This document shows positions 39,993 through 54,130 of a stretch of DNA of 64,000 nucleotides, one piece after another; position 1 is the first letter of the stretch, and each line of letters begins with the position of its first letter. The notes beneath the pieces were generated by a model that had not been told where the DNA came from, made no database searches, and was given only the letters and a program-made list of their open reading frames with translations. The stretch comes from the human T2T-CHM13v2.0 reference genome, Homo sapiens. The stretch lies in NCBI RefSeq assembly GCF_009914755.1, contig NC_060926.1; one strand, given 5' to 3'. Made by a program: the position numbers and the translations under genes.

Positions 39993-41363
39993 TATATATT
40001 TACGTAACTAGAATTATAGACTACACTATAGTCACTTTAGAATAAAGTAGAAATCATAACATTTCCATTCTATTGTCGTTCAGGGGAAAAGTTTATGGTG
40101 TTTTGTGTGGATTAAACATCTAAGATTGGTGAGGCAAGGTCCACTTCATTCTTTGGAAGTGTTCTTACCTATGATTTAGTTTTACCTATTAGCTAGCATT
40201 CTACAGTTTATAACTCACCCCATTTCCATGATCACACTATTCTAATTATCACTTCTTAAATGAATTTCCTAGGATTATGATGTATCGCCTGTAGTGAAAA
40301 ATAACAGGAAATTATGACTCTTTCCAGCAGATTCTGCTTGAGGAATTGCAGTCCAGCTTTCTGTACTCCACATTTTTCCTCTCTGAGATGGAAAAGGTAT
40401 ACTCTAAAGAATGTACACAATTTCTTTAAGGCCAGAATATATGGTAAAGTTGTCTTAAATATTGAATCAAGGGTCATTTCACTGCTCACCTACTTTGTAG
40501 GTGAGGGTTGGCCCTTATTTAAAGTTTTTCTTTCCTATATTGAGCCCCTCCTTACTTCTTACTATCCTCTTTACTTCTTTACTACTTACGATTCAGGGAT
40601 AGAATTTCACCCTAAAATTCTACCCCTGAATATCTCTCCCACTTATCTCCATATTAATGAATGTCATAACCATCACTCTTTGAGAGAATAAGGTTGTCCT
40701 GGTGACTGACAAGAGAACAAATATGAATTTATTCCCTGCAGATTTTTCTTTTTCTTTCTTTCTTTTTTTTTTATAACGCCTTCATTTGCACCAGAATTTT
40801 ACAACCAAGCCATTTCATTTGTCAACACAGCCATGTTTACCTTTCATCTGTTTGGGGTCATGAATTCACAGATGCAAAATGGTTAATCATCTTGTCAGTG
40901 TGGACAAATCGTGCATAGTAATCCACAAAAATGGTGTATTTGGGACCCCAGGGTCTGTGTTCATTCATTTGCCTACACAAACATTGGGGTGTGTTTCCTT
41001 TAAGCTTCACTGAGCAGTCACCATTTTTTCCCCTTCTTTCAGCAGTACATGTTGCTGATTTCTCCTGATGTGTGAAAATTTTCACAGCTGTATGCAAGAG
41101 ACATTCATGGAACTGAAGAGCTTTTTGTCCCTGACGACTAAAGTCAGAATAAGGAATTCAATAAAGAATAAAGAAACCCAGTTTTTCCTGCTCTGTGAGA
41201 ACAAGACTGTGAACTTTGTAGTCTTACTGGCTGTAGGTCGAAAGACAGGTAATTTAGATGTCTGTGAGCCCCTGCCAAAGACAAAACTTAAAGATGGAAA
41301 AAAATTAGTAGTGCAACACTCACACTTATAATTCCGATTTTTTAAAGTAGTGCCGCTTTATAA

Positions 41364-41675
<312 letters not shown>

Positions 41676-42793
41676 TTCTGAGCTTTTTAATATTAAATAA
41701 TTAAGTGGCTCATATTTCTCATAAATTATTATTTAAACCTTCCAGAAATGTAGTCACTCTCACATTTGTGCCATAAATCAAGGATCAATAAGAGCTAATA
41801 ATGATTTCTGTGTCCAAACAAAAATACAAACAAATAAACTCTTGGTGTGCTCATTTTGAATAATTTCTCGCGAGCACTCCTTCGTTGCAGGTTTGTGACT
41901 TTCTATAGCCTTTGAGGATGGGTTTTCTTATGAATTCCAGGCTTATTATTGGTATTTCTGGATACCATGGGAATAATTAATGTTTTATTGATTGTGTTTA
42001 TACTAATCTAACAAAAACTTGCTTATTTACTATCAGGGTTAGGATGCATCACTTTTCAGTCTTCTAATAAGTGATAGCCTCAACCTCTTTTCTTTTGTAT
42101 GACATAAGGATGACAAGATAAAAATCACACTACTGAAAATTGTCTTGGGCCGTAAGAGGAGCTTGGCCTAAGCAGAGGATAGGGGAAGTTCTTTGAATAG
42201 AATACACTTAGCTGAGCTGATGAGAAGGAGGTAGCGGCAGAAAAAGTCTTGGCACTGTTATTAAGACATCAAAAATATGATTACCACCAATGATCTATGA
42301 GGAATTTTAGAGAAGAGAAAAAAAGGCGAAAGGCCTGAACTGAACTGAACTAACACTCTACTTATTCCTAGACCCAGAATGAGACAGGATTCTAGAAACT
42401 GAAAACCAGCAAGCATGAGGTTTATCCCCGGCAAAACCAAGCTTCTAGAATAAGTTGTTCAATAAACAATTCATGATGCAGTTAGGAATATTTGAGTCAT
42501 GGTAACTCGATGCATATTCATTGCTCAGTGAGTTATGTTGACTCAATGTCATTTAATTGTTCGGTATAAATTCTACACAGAAAAAAATGGAGAAATGGCA
42601 GACAAACTCTGTCTTTATTTCCCTGAGGAATTTGGCCTCCAAATTTAAATGTTTAAATCTTTTATGATATCCTTGAGTGTAAGATAGATTGGGTGAGTGA
42701 CGTCTGAATTTTTTTCTGGTTAAAACTTCATGAAGAATATGAATGTTCTGGTAAATGTTAATATTAAGCAAGGGCCAGAAAGCCCTAAAATTT

Positions 42794-43210
42794 TATAGTG
42801 GGTGGTGTGGACACACCATCCAGATACCACACTGCAGGACCAAGGGTCTTATTCCCTCAGCTGCCTGGAGTGGTGCCTGCTAAGGGTGCACAGCTGAGTT
42901 CCCCAACACAAATTTCCCTAGGCTGAAGGAATGTGACTCACCCCAGATAGTACTGCTGGCAATGCTCCAGGTCTGCTCCCTCCTTAGGCAGAGCCTGCAT
43001 CAAATCATAGGTGACACCATTTTAGCTTTAGACTTCTGTGTGATTCACTGAGGCCTCTCTTGCAACTGCATTTCAGTTCAGCTTTTTCTCTTCTCTCTCC
43101 TGCTTCCCTCATTCTCTTATACATTTATTTCTCAAGAGCAGTCTCCCATAACCGTCTATGTGCAAATCTGTAAATCATCGTTTACTTTCTAGGGAATCAA
43201 ACCTACAAAA
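42794..43210 (+). mobile_element. LTR16A/B-type ERVL 5' LTR
   Basis: 'ttgcaactgcatttcagttcagctttttctcttct...tttctagggaatcaaacctacaaaa' followed directly by the ERVL leader 'gttggcgtgagcaatggtcctagaaagcagattct'. Confidence 0.7.
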
Positions 43211-44679
43211 GTTGGCGTGAGCAATGGTCCTAGAAAGCAGATTCTACAATAGGATTTTAGAGACGCATCTCTTGCTAATCTGGTGGTCATAAAGACCTGC
43301 CACTGGCAGTAGGTTGAGTACTTAAAGCCCACAGCATGGTGTAGCTACGCAATTACTAAAACTTTCACCAGTGACCAGCTGGAATTGGATACCAGAGGAT
43401 GGAAATACACTGGTGGTGGAGTATGTCAGGCATTTGAAAGACTGGAGGAAATAGTAAATATAAAAGGTATGAAATCTGATAGTTATTAATGAGAGCTATG
43501 GGGGCATTAAAGAAAGATGTTGAAAGACAGAGAGATTTACAATGAATTAAAAGTACAGTATGAAAGCCAGAAAACCTTTGTGGCAGTATACAAACAGACT
43601 TCCATCTCTTGAAGCAGGAGGACAGAAAAAGCCGAGGATTCAGGCTCAAGAGACTTAATCATAAGGTCAGCAGAGCTACAGAGAAAGTTGAATTCTCAAT
43701 CCTGGAAAATCACCTATACCAAGATCAAAAGCCTAGTTAAGAAAGAGTAGGATCTTGAGACTTGATAAGGACATCAGGGTTGATGCTTTCAAATCTTCAA
43801 TCCCCATATTCCTCTGAGCTCTCTGGACTTGCAAAGTAGACCACTGCTCCATGTTACAAAGCCACTGTTCCCTTCCTAATTAAAGGCATCGCAAAGTGTT
43901 TTTTGCATGCACCTTTCCCACCGTGACTTACCCCTACTTACCTTCCTGGCCCCAGTCCAAAAACTAGGACTAAGTCACAATATAACCAGATGGGAAATGT
44001 GCTGAACCTGCTGAAGAAGAAATGGACTGTTTCCCAAAGGAGCTGCCAACATATATCAGTAAGATACAGGAGATCACAGAACTTGACCCTGAGGATGTGA
44101 ACTAACAGATACGGAAGATGAAATGGGATAAGAAAGGGCTTATCAATATGGAGTGGCCAAACATTCTGGAAGACAATGCCAACAGGCTTTTAGGGTGGCT
44201 TATGTAAGTTTGAAGAAATAGGTGACCCATAGTAAGTGAAGGAAATGAAAGACTCAGAGAAGAGAAAATCCCAGAGATGAAAAACTAGTGAAGGTTAGCT
44301 AACCCAAGTCCACTATGTTCCATGGGAAAACCTTTATCAAAAGGATAAAGAATGCGCTGCTTCGTGGGGCCATGGCATCATTAAGAAGCTCAGAGATGGT
44401 TCTTCTCTGCAGTCTACACTAAAAATGAAAGATAATGTTACAGAACTTGGCTCACTGATAGCAATGGAAATAAAAGGATCCTGAAATAAGAGAGGCCAGG
44501 TGATGACACACAACACCACAAGCAAGATGGGCCCCATTATCATAAAGAACAGCAAAGTTGGAGTAGCAGCCATAAGGTCCTGAAAAAAAAGGTGTGAAGT
44601 CGGTTAAAAGAATGCTGGTGGCAAAATACGTGAATAGCAAACAAGAGACTTAGTCACCCTCTACAATCAAAAGAAATTA

Positions 44680-45228
44680 TAGTCTCCAGATATTTGAAAA
44701 TTAAATAATACATTTCTAAATAACTAAAGGATCAAAGAAGAAATCAAAAAAAGAAATTATAAAATATTTTAACTGAATTAAAATGAAAACACAACTTAGT
44801 GATAAAAAGAACGAACTGTTGATGGAAGGAACAACATGGATAAATCTCAAATTATTCTATGTGTAAGAGGACAGACGGAAAAGGATATATACTGTATGAT
44901 TCCATTTACATAAAACTCTAGATAATACAAACTAACATATAGTGACAAGATGCAGATCAGTGGTTGTTTGGAGGGCAGGAAGGGTAGGAGGGAGAGATTG
45001 CAAAGTGGCACAAGAAAATTTTTGGATGTTATTATCTGTTTATTATCTTTATTTATGATTATCTTTATTATTTATTTATAATTTATTATTTATAATCATC
45101 ACAATTATAATTGTGATGTTTTCCTGATTGTATACATACGTCTAAACTTATAAAATTGTATACTTTAAACATATACAGTTTACTACATGTCAATTATATC
45201 TCAACAAGACTATTAAAAATAAATAAAG
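44680..45228 (+). mobile_element. L1M fragment: ORF2 piece joined to 3'UTR and A-tail
   Basis: 'gaaaattaaataatacatttctaaataac..gatcaaagaagaaatc'; 'tactgtatgattccatttacataaaactctag..cagatcagtggttg'; ends 'attaaaaataaataaa'. Confidence 0.8.
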
Positions 45229-46257
45229 GCCATTCTACAGCTCTAATAGGTGGCAGTTTCCTGATAATGTGTATGTGAGAGGGACAGTGAATCCCTTGGT
45301 CATATGCCCAACATTGCACCTCCTTTGTTGTAAAGTGGAACCCTGAGTCTAAGGGAATATTACTCAGGATCCTGTGTTTGTTGTTAAGGCACTCTGAAAG
45401 ACATTAGAAAGTAGCACTGGCTGAGTCAAGCAAGAAAGACAAATTCACAACTGAAATGTGTGTTAATCTGGTGAAGATAAATCACTCTCCTTTGTAGAGT
45501 AGGAGGGACCAATGTAATCAAATTATCACCAAGTACCTAGTTAGTCTCCTGGAGAAGTTGTTGTATACCAGAGACTTAGCATTGGTTTCTGTTGTTGTCA
45601 GGTTGGGCATTTGGCAGTGGCAGTAACTTGGATGGCCTTGGTGAGTGGGAGCTCATGCTGCTGATTGTATGCATAGCTTCTGCCTCTGCCTTCCTGGCAA
45701 CTCCATTCATATACCCATTATACCAGCTTTTGGGTGGCCAATGACAGAAGCTGTTTGAAGTCAATCTACTGAGTTATTTTGTCTGCTTCATCATTTAGAT
45801 CATTTTCATAACTCGTGCCCAATCCCTTAGGCCTATCCATATGTCTCTTACCCAGTTGTCCTGATCTCTGATCTTCCTAATATCTTGCCTTCCTGACCCT
45901 CATATATAAGCCAAGCCATTTGCTTGTACACACAAATACTCTTGAGCTACTTTTCTTTCACACAAAGTGGATAATCAAATGCATCATATGAAGTTCTGCC
46001 AATTGAGGGGATTTCCCTTAATTATGTACTTCAAGGCCACCCCTGAGTAGAGGTTTGTACATATTGGGCTTGCACCCAACAATACCAAAGTTAACCTTTT
46101 TTCTTCCACTTTCAGTTGCTTAGAGGGACATGCACATTTTACCATTGGTTTGAGCCAAAGAAGAGTCACTGGTGCAACAATGGTGGATGACATGTGATTC
46201 TGGTCCACCTGGTCATGCAACATTCTTGAAATCCTTGGCCCTACCTGGGCCTAAACC

Positions 46258-49200
46258 TGGTATTTACATTTAATGTATTTACTGATATGTTTAGGTTTGA
46301 GTTTTTCTTGTTGTCTTTTATTTATCCTATCTGTTCTTAGTTGCCTTTTTCCTTTTTGTCTGCCTCTTTTGGATCAATATTTTTATGCTTTCATTTTGTT
46401 GGTGTATTAACTATAATGCTTTATTTTGTTATTGTAGTGGTTACTTTAGAGTTTATCACCTACACCTGTCACTTATCACAGCCTACCTTCAAGTGATATT
46501 GTGCCACTTCATGTTCATCATGAGAGCCCTGCAATAATGTACATCGATTTCTGGACTTTATGCTATGGTTGTCATGCATTTTATTTTTTACATATGTTAT
46601 AAACCCCATGATAGACTACTATTTTTATTAGCCTATGATCTTTAAAAAGATTTAAATAAAAATTGGAATACCACTTACATACCATGTAATTACCATTTCG
46701 GGTTCTCGTTCTTCCTTTGTATAGATCTGAATTTTTATCTGGCCTAATTTTCCTTCCAGATGAAAGACTTCATTTAACATTTCTTGTAGTGTAGGTCTGC
46801 TGGTGATGAATTCTTTTAGCCTTTGTATGTGCATAAGCATCTTATTACCCTTTTCTTGAGAAATATTTTTGCCAGGTAGAGAATTCTAGGTTGACAATTA
46901 TTATTTTCTTTCAGTAATTTAAACATGTTGCTTCACTGTCTTCTTGCTTTTGTAGCCTCCAACAAGAAATCCCATGTAATCTTTACTTATCTTCCTCTGT
47001 ATGCAACATGTCTTTTTTTCCTAGCTCCTTTTTAAGATGTTCTCATTATCACTGGTTTTGACCAATTTGATTATGACCTGCTTTGATGTTGCTTTCCTTA
47101 TGTTTATTTTGCTTGGAATTTACTGAATTTCTTAGATATGTGGTTTCATAATCCTAATTAAGTTTGGACAGTTTTTGACCATTATTTCTTCAAATATTTT
47201 TCTTCTCCATCCTCTTTATTTGGGGGCTCCAACCACTCATATATTAGGTCACTTGAAGTTGTTCTGATGGCAGTGGCCCTTCAGAGGTGTGGCAGGAGCT
47301 CCCTGGGTGCCACTGCAGTCGCCCAAACTTCCACTGCAGGCCAGAGCCTCCCACTCCATGGAGCAGGCAGGAGCCCCACACAACCCTACAAACCACAGAT
47401 GCAGACTCAGGCATCCCTGCCCTCATGGGGGCCCAAGAAGTCTCCCTACTTTTGCAGGCTTGAAAGTGCCTGCTTCTGCTGCCTGGCTTCTCCCTGCTAT
47501 TGGTGCCCTCCCCACCCTAACCTTGGAGAAGTCCGGCAGAACCTGGGTGTCATCAAAGGCAGCAAGAGGCAGATAGGTTCCTGGGCAGAAGGGAGCGGTC
47601 CCCAGTAAGGCCCAACTTCAGGCCAGGGAAAGCTTGAAGGCTGGGGGCCCAGCTGCCAGCCCTGTGGACTAGGGTGGGGACTTATGGTGCCTTTTCCAAG
47701 GCACACATGGCCACCCCTGGATCAATCTGTACACATTTCCTCCCTGCTGAGGCCCTAGGCTCAGCCAGAGCAGGCAGAGGATGGAGAGGGCGGAGAGAAG
47801 TTGGGACAACCAGCTGCAGTAAGGAGCTACCCTCTCCACTGAGAGCTGCAGACAGCCAGATGACCTGCCAGTAGAGAGGAGCCACCCTCTCCAGGGCCTC
47901 CTCTCTGCTGAAAGCTGAATACTCCATGAGATTACCTGCTTGCAGAGAGGAGCTACCCACCGTGGGTCTCCTTTGAGCTGTTCTAACACTCAATAAAGCT
48001 CCTCTTCATCTTGTTCACCTTCCACTTTTCTGCATATCTCATTCTTCCTGGACACAGGATGAGAACTCACAGGTCAAGAACTTAGGCAAAGGTGCCACCA
48101 GCCACAGAAGTTTCTGGCCAGAAAATCAACACCCTATAGATCCCATAACAGTTCCACAGCTCACTGATGTTCTCTTCATTTTAAAAATTTTTTGGACAGT
48201 TTCAGTTGCTATGTCTTTAGGTTCACTAATCATTTTTTCTGCGATGTTTAATCTTCTGTCAGTCTCACCCAGGTTATTTTTCTTCTCATTGTTTTCATCT
48301 CTAGAAATTTTATTTGTATTTTAAAACATATTTCATATCTGTATGGGATACAATTATAATGACTGTTTCAGGGTCCTCCTCTGCTAATTTTAATGTCTAT
48401 GTTCATTTGATTGATTTTTCTCCCCATTATGGGTTGTGTTTTCTTACCTCTTTTTATGCCTTGCAATCTTTGTTTGGATGTCAGACGTGAATTTTACCTA
48501 GTTAGGTGCTGGATAATTTTCAATTTCTGTAAATCTTGAACTTTGATCTGGGCTGCAGCTAAGTGACTTGGAAACAACTTGATTATTTCAGGTCTTACTT
48601 TTATGACTTGTTAGGATGTCCACAACAATGCTTAGTATAGGACTTATTATTTTCCACTACTAAAGGCAAGACCTTCCTGAAAAGTCTACATAATGTCCTG
48701 TTAATTATGAGTTTTTCCAGTCTGTCTGGTGTGAGCAAGTACTATTTCTGGCCCCATGTGAGCACCAGACATTATTATCTCCAACCTTTTCAGATGGTTC
48801 TTTTCCCAACATATACCTGCACTGCTTAATACTCCACTGGATACTGAAAGGGGACCCTCTGCAGACCTCCAGCATGTTCTTTCTATGAAGCTCTCTCCTC
48901 TTGGATCTTCTGTCTTATAAATTCTAGCTGCCTTGATCTATCTAGATTCTTGGCTTTATTGCTTCAACTCAGGGAGTTTGCATGGCTGTCTGTCTGTTCC
49001 CCTTCCCTGTACCAACTGAAAACTGTCTCAAGGCAGTAAGCAGGGGAAATCACATAACCCATCATGTTTATTTTCTGCCTCTCAGGGATCACTTTCCTTT
49101 GTTTTTGACATCAGTGTCTTAAAAACTGTCTGATGTATTTGTCTGGTATGTTTGTTTCAGGAGAGAAGGTTAATATGGTCCTTGTTATTCCATCTATGTT
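46258..49200 (-). mobile_element. L1M 5' half (5'UTR, ORF1, start of ORF2), antisense
   Basis: ORF 46652..46840 'LKEFITSRPTLQEMLNEV' is the L1 ORF1 C-terminus; the minus strand ends at an ORF2-start-like 'atatcagtaaatacattaaatgtaaat' (ISVNTLNVN). Confidence 0.8.
47265..48150 (+). mobile_element. MER52-type ERV1 solo LTR
   Basis: GC-rich, TGATGGCAG ... GATCCCATAACA, AATAAA at 47992, exact 4-bp TSD GTTC; host L1 reads through the empty site. Confidence 0.88.
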
Positions 49201-49729
49201 ACCTGCTAAATCAATAACTATCATATTTCATAACATATCAATAGATACAATAAATGGATCTGGGAACAAAAAGATAGATAGAAGTTAGAATGCCTCAGCT
49301 TAATGTAATTCTTGGTGACCCATTTGGAGAATTTTGCTATTCACGTCCACATCTCTGGGCTTGGAAGTTTAGAGATGTTGAACATTTCTACCAGGATACA
49401 TTGCAAAAATCCTACAAAATTCTAAGCTATGGCTCCCACTCTGTTACTTTGAGCTCCTTGCATGAAGAGACCAGCATTTAAGAAAAGTCAATATCATCCT
49501 CATGGTAGTAGCTGATCATGATCATCAGGAGGAGGTAAGGTTGCTCCTTATACAATGAAGGCAGGGAGAAATTGGCTTGGAAAACACGTAATTCACTGGG
49601 ACCACTCTTGATATGCCTTTTCCCAATTTTCATAGTAAACAAAGACAGCAGTCATGGTCTGGGAAGGGCAAGGTAATCACGGGCTCTATGTAACACACGG
49701 ATGAGGAGATGAGTCAGATGACTCAGTGA

Positions 49730-49950
49730 ACAATTGGATGTGAGGTGTGAGAGAAGATTTAAAGATGACTGCAAGACTTCTGGCCTAAGCAGCTAGAAGA
49801 ACGGAGTTGCTATTTCCTAGGTTAGGAAGGACATTGAGAGAAGTAGGCTTCAGGGGGATTGGAAGTTTAGTATTGGACATGTTGCTTTTGAGATACCTAA
49901 TAAACATCAAGCTAGATCTTTCAAATAGGCAATTTGATATGAGCAATGGC
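49730..49950 (-). mobile_element. L2 fragment
   Basis: 'ttggatgtgaggtgtgagag..aagatgactgcaagacttctggcctaagcagctagaagaacggagttgctatt..tttagtattggacatgttg'. Confidence 0.75.
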
Positions 49951-52900
49951 ATTAAGAAAATGCTTAAAAGTTACTTAAAATATTATTACAAAAAAATACA
50001 AAGACTTCTCAGAGTACTTCTTGAGTTTGGAGAGAGTGTGTGTCTCTCTCAAACCATACAGGGCATGCCATATTTGGGAAGCCAGAACTCATCTTCATGT
50101 CTCATCTGCCCCTTATTTGCTACATCTGCACTCATATTTTCCCCCTTACAACCGCTCCCTTTTTCTTCACCTTCTACCACCCTTGACTTTTCAAGGGAAG
50201 GATTACAAATATTCTTTCAAGCAAGTATTCTTTGCCCATTTTGGGTGTCTAAGAAGGTCTGTGGTGATGGCTCTGAGCCAAGGAATTTTTCCAAGAAACA
50301 GAACATGTGCTTCCTTGGGCATGGTGTCATTCAGCACAGAAAGAAGCTTGATCAGACACAAAACAGAACAAAACAACCTCCCACCACCTCTTCCTCTAGA
50401 ACACTTTTTCTCCTCCTTTTCTTTGTTACCCACTACTTTACAGATCTAATGCCATCTCCTGGAAACTCTGGGAGGTTTCCATATCAAGATGTGGTCATCA
50501 AATCTTTGCACAGCAGCCCATTGGTGAGAAGACCGGGAGCTTGAGCGGGGTTTTGCATTCCCAAGCTTTAGTTTTTCAACATCTATAAAATGAAGAGTTT
50601 GGACTAGATCATTTTCAAAACATTTCCAACTCTACAATTCCATTAAGTGTAAAATAATTTAAATGGGTCAAGAAATTTTAATGTTAATTTGAACCAAATG
50701 CAAAACTAGGCATAGTTTATATCAAGCTCTAATTATAATCATCTAAGAACTGGATTAGCAACCAGAAAATTCTTGGCACTCTTGAGCTCAGCAACAATGA
50801 CCTTTTAGCTTTGGCAAGTACCCTGAACTGTGGTCTCTGAAGAAATAAGCAAGAAAACATTTACCTACCTCATGGGAGTCTTTGAAAATTTTATTTGTTA
50901 ATTCTATTTAAGTGCTTTGACTCAGCAAAGCTTAATAATAGAGCATCAGTACTAGGAGTTATTATTTAGGTTTATAAGATTGGGTTTCCATTTGATGTGC
51001 AGAATGGTTTCTGGGTTCTTATTGTGTAGGGCAGGCAAGGATGCCAAAAGCTTTCGAACTCCACACAGAGTTGCCCTTTTTAAAAAATTAACATTCTATA
51101 AATATCAGTCATTGAATCAACTTTTAAAAATAAATTTATTTCAACAGTGAGTGGAAATTATTCTTATTAATATTAAGATTATTCTTCTCCCATGATAATA
51201 ACTATTAATATACTAAGAATAACCTCCTGTTTATTTGGGCACATGGGAATTTCTGAAAACTATCAGAAAGACTCACTGGGAAGGGAAAAAAATCCAAGAA
51301 TAGAGTGAAAAGAAACTATTTTGAAAGGGTTTGTTTTCCCATGTAGAGTTAAACTACAAATAAGGCCAAAACTAGAAAACCTGGAGAGTGAGAAAATAAA
51401 AGCTCAAACTGAATGTCTGGGTCATTTATGTAAGTGATCAAAATTTGGTCATCCGATGTAAAAATAGCCTAAGAGAACTTATGAGAATGTATTAATTAGT
51501 TAAGCATATAATTTCATATACCTAAGTAAAATCATACATTAAAACACTTTTTCAAATTACCACACAGAGAAACATTGCAATTTCAAATAGTTGTCTCAAA
51601 TGAAAAATTATGTTATTACTTTATAAATGTACTTTTGCAAGCAATATGTTTGCCACCTGCAAAACACTGGCAAAACTTTTAGTACAATACAGAAAGGTAT
51701 GTGTTTTCCAGCAAGACATAATTTACATATGTTTTTCCTAACACAGTTCATTGATAAGAGAACATCTTTGTGGAGTTCTTAAATACATAAGCAGAAAGCA
51801 GAAGAAGGTGGAATAGCATGAGGTGGTGACATATTTAAAAAAGTAATCATTGATATCTTCCATTTTATGTTTCTGGATTAGCAGGAAAAAATCAATTTAA
51901 TTACATTTCTTTACAAATAAATTTAAAAGCTAAGTTCTCAACAAGAATATGAGCTTTAAACCAAATGAAAAACCCCCTTTTGATCATATGACTGGCCATT
52001 TATCTGTCACCTTCTGAATTTTCATTAAATAAATAGGGTGTCATTTTATTAAGAATACATAGATTATGTTTATGTAGTAAGGTGTACATTCGACTGTGAA
52101 AATCAAAACAGAAGTAGCAGATGGTTCTGCTTCAACCCAAGAGACCACTCACTGAGCCAACTCAGAATGAAAACCTCTTTTATCCAACATGAAGATATGA
52201 TATTTGGAATTCCTGCCCCAATACTTATTTAAATATCAAAATAGAAGAGAATGGGAGAGGTGGACTGGCACAAATTGACATCATCGACATCCCAACCATT
52301 GTTCATTCATTTGTGCTCGCCCCAGGCCAGAAACAATAAAATGGTCAGATATCTCAAGAGCAACGACAACGCATAGTGTAAGCACACTTCTCATTAGCTA
52401 TAATGACTCATTTACACCCAAAGTCTCATTCAAACTGATAGGCTAAAACCTCTTTCTTTCACATTTTCAGAAGAATATTGATGTGTCTCTGTTTTAAGAA
52501 AACATGCTATTTAAATTAAAACTGTCTAAAAATATAAGAGATTTTTCTTCATGTTACAAACAGTTTTCATATTACAAAAGAGATCATCTGAAAGCTGTAT
52601 TTACAACATAACAATTTATCAGCCCAAATGTAGAAATACTATAGCTCAATTATCGAACTCTTTACCAAAGATCAATGTATCTAGACAAGAGAAGTGGATT
52701 TAAAGAAGTGACTGTTTCCCCCTTAGTCTTACTGGAGGATTATTTCCACTCAACGATTCACCAGGGAATAGATAAGGGTCAGTTCTTTTCTTAATCAGTC
52801 CACCAGACTAGGACTACGGATTCATGTCTCCTACTCATTGAAACAAAATTTGACTACTAAGAATAAAGTCAATACATGCCTACGTTCATTGTAAAGATAG

Positions 52901-53757
52901 TCAAAATATAAATAGTATGGGAAGATAAATGTACTCTCTCTTCTACAGGACTGCTATCTAGTTGCACATGAATCTTTTTTTCCTCAGTGCTTATACACAG
53001 ATGACAGTGGCAGATACTGTCAGTGCTCTCCCCATACCTGCTCTGATCTCCTTAAAACGCTCATGCACAACAGCTCCAAATGTGTTTTACTGCTCACAGC
53101 CAGAACTTGCATCTCCTTGTTGGAGGGCTGTCCTGGCTGCCAGAATTCTCTTTGTCTGCATGCACAGACAGTCAGAAGTGCCAGAATTCATGTTACCTCG
53201 GGTGCGCTCTTAAACATTGACCGATTGTGGCAGGGTGATACTCCAACTCCCTTCCCCCTAATCAGGACATTTTGAAGTGTGATCTATACTGTTTTCTGAG
53301 ATCCTCCAGGAGACTGAGCTAGTTACCCTCTTTAAAACACCCTGGCATGGCCTCTCTCCCTTCCTGGTCACACATCCCCACTCCCTTCCCAATTTTTCCT
53401 AGAAACATTTCCTAATAAATCACTTCCATATGGCTCTGCCTCAGATTCTACTTCTGGAGAATCTAATCTAAGACAGCTGGTACTAGATGTGGTCATAGGA
53501 AGTGGACTCTCAGGAAAGGATTCTTGAGTTGGATCAGTTGCTGACCAGATGGCAACAGGAATTAATTCCATTGTTGGAGGTAAATCAGGAGAAGATTACC
53601 CTTAGCATGCTATAATAGGGTAATTGATAAGAAGTTTATCTGTGAATTAGGACTGGATCTTTGGTCTCCTCAATATCCACTCCCACCTCCCTGCAGACCA
53701 CTAAACCCATGACTAGGGTCAAGTCTCAACATGGATCAACTGGAAAAATACAAGACA

Positions 53758-54130
53758 TGCTATGGTCTGAATGTTTATGTCCCTCTAAAATTTAAATGTT
53801 GAAATCTAATCACCTGTGTGATGGTATTAGAAGGTGGGGACTTTGTAAGGTGATTACACCATGAGGAGAAACGGGGTTTTCTAACCTTTTCTAAGCCCAT
53901 TTTTTTAAATAAAAGAAGCCCCAGAGAGCTGCCTTGCCCTTCTACCATGTGAGGACACAGTGAGAAGGTGCCATCTGTGAACCAGGAAATGAGCCCTTAC
54001 CAGACATCGAATCTGTTGGCACCTTAATCTTGGTCTTCCCAGCCTCCAGAACTGAGACAAATAAATTTCTGTTGTTTATTGGCTACCCCATCTACAGTAT
54101 TTTAGTATATACCCTAAACAGACTGAAACA
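53758..54130 (+). mobile_element. MLT1A0-type solo LTR nested in ERVL
   Basis: TGCTATGGTCTGAATGTTTATGTCCC ... 'ccatgtgaggacacagtgagaaggtgccatctgtgaaccagg' ... GACTGAAACA. Confidence 0.88.

Larger units (their letters stand above)
43211..49690 (+). mobile_element. Decayed ERVL (ERV3-16A3-type) internal sequence: gag 43211-44680 (+), RNaseH/integrase 45229-46257 (inverted, -), post-integrase part 49200-49690 (+)
   Basis: Leader matches 53476 onward; reverse complement of 45229-45600 aligns with 55895-56295; 49240-49690 aligns with 56400-56870. Confidence 0.75.

Noticed and set aside
45028-45115. TTAT/TTATC quasi-periodic array
   Set aside because: Low-complexity slippage expansion inside an L1 3'UTR; no spacer structure, not CRISPR-like.
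47244-47993. Cluster of overlapping ORFs in GC-rich DNA suggesting a gene or CpG island
   Set aside because: Lies within the MER52 LTR bounded by a GTTC TSD; CpG-depleted; the ORFs are by-products of GC content.
49807-50544. 245-aa plus-strand ORF
   Set aside because: Non-ATG start inside an L2 fragment, runs through unrelated sequence, and shows no recognisable domain or coding composition.
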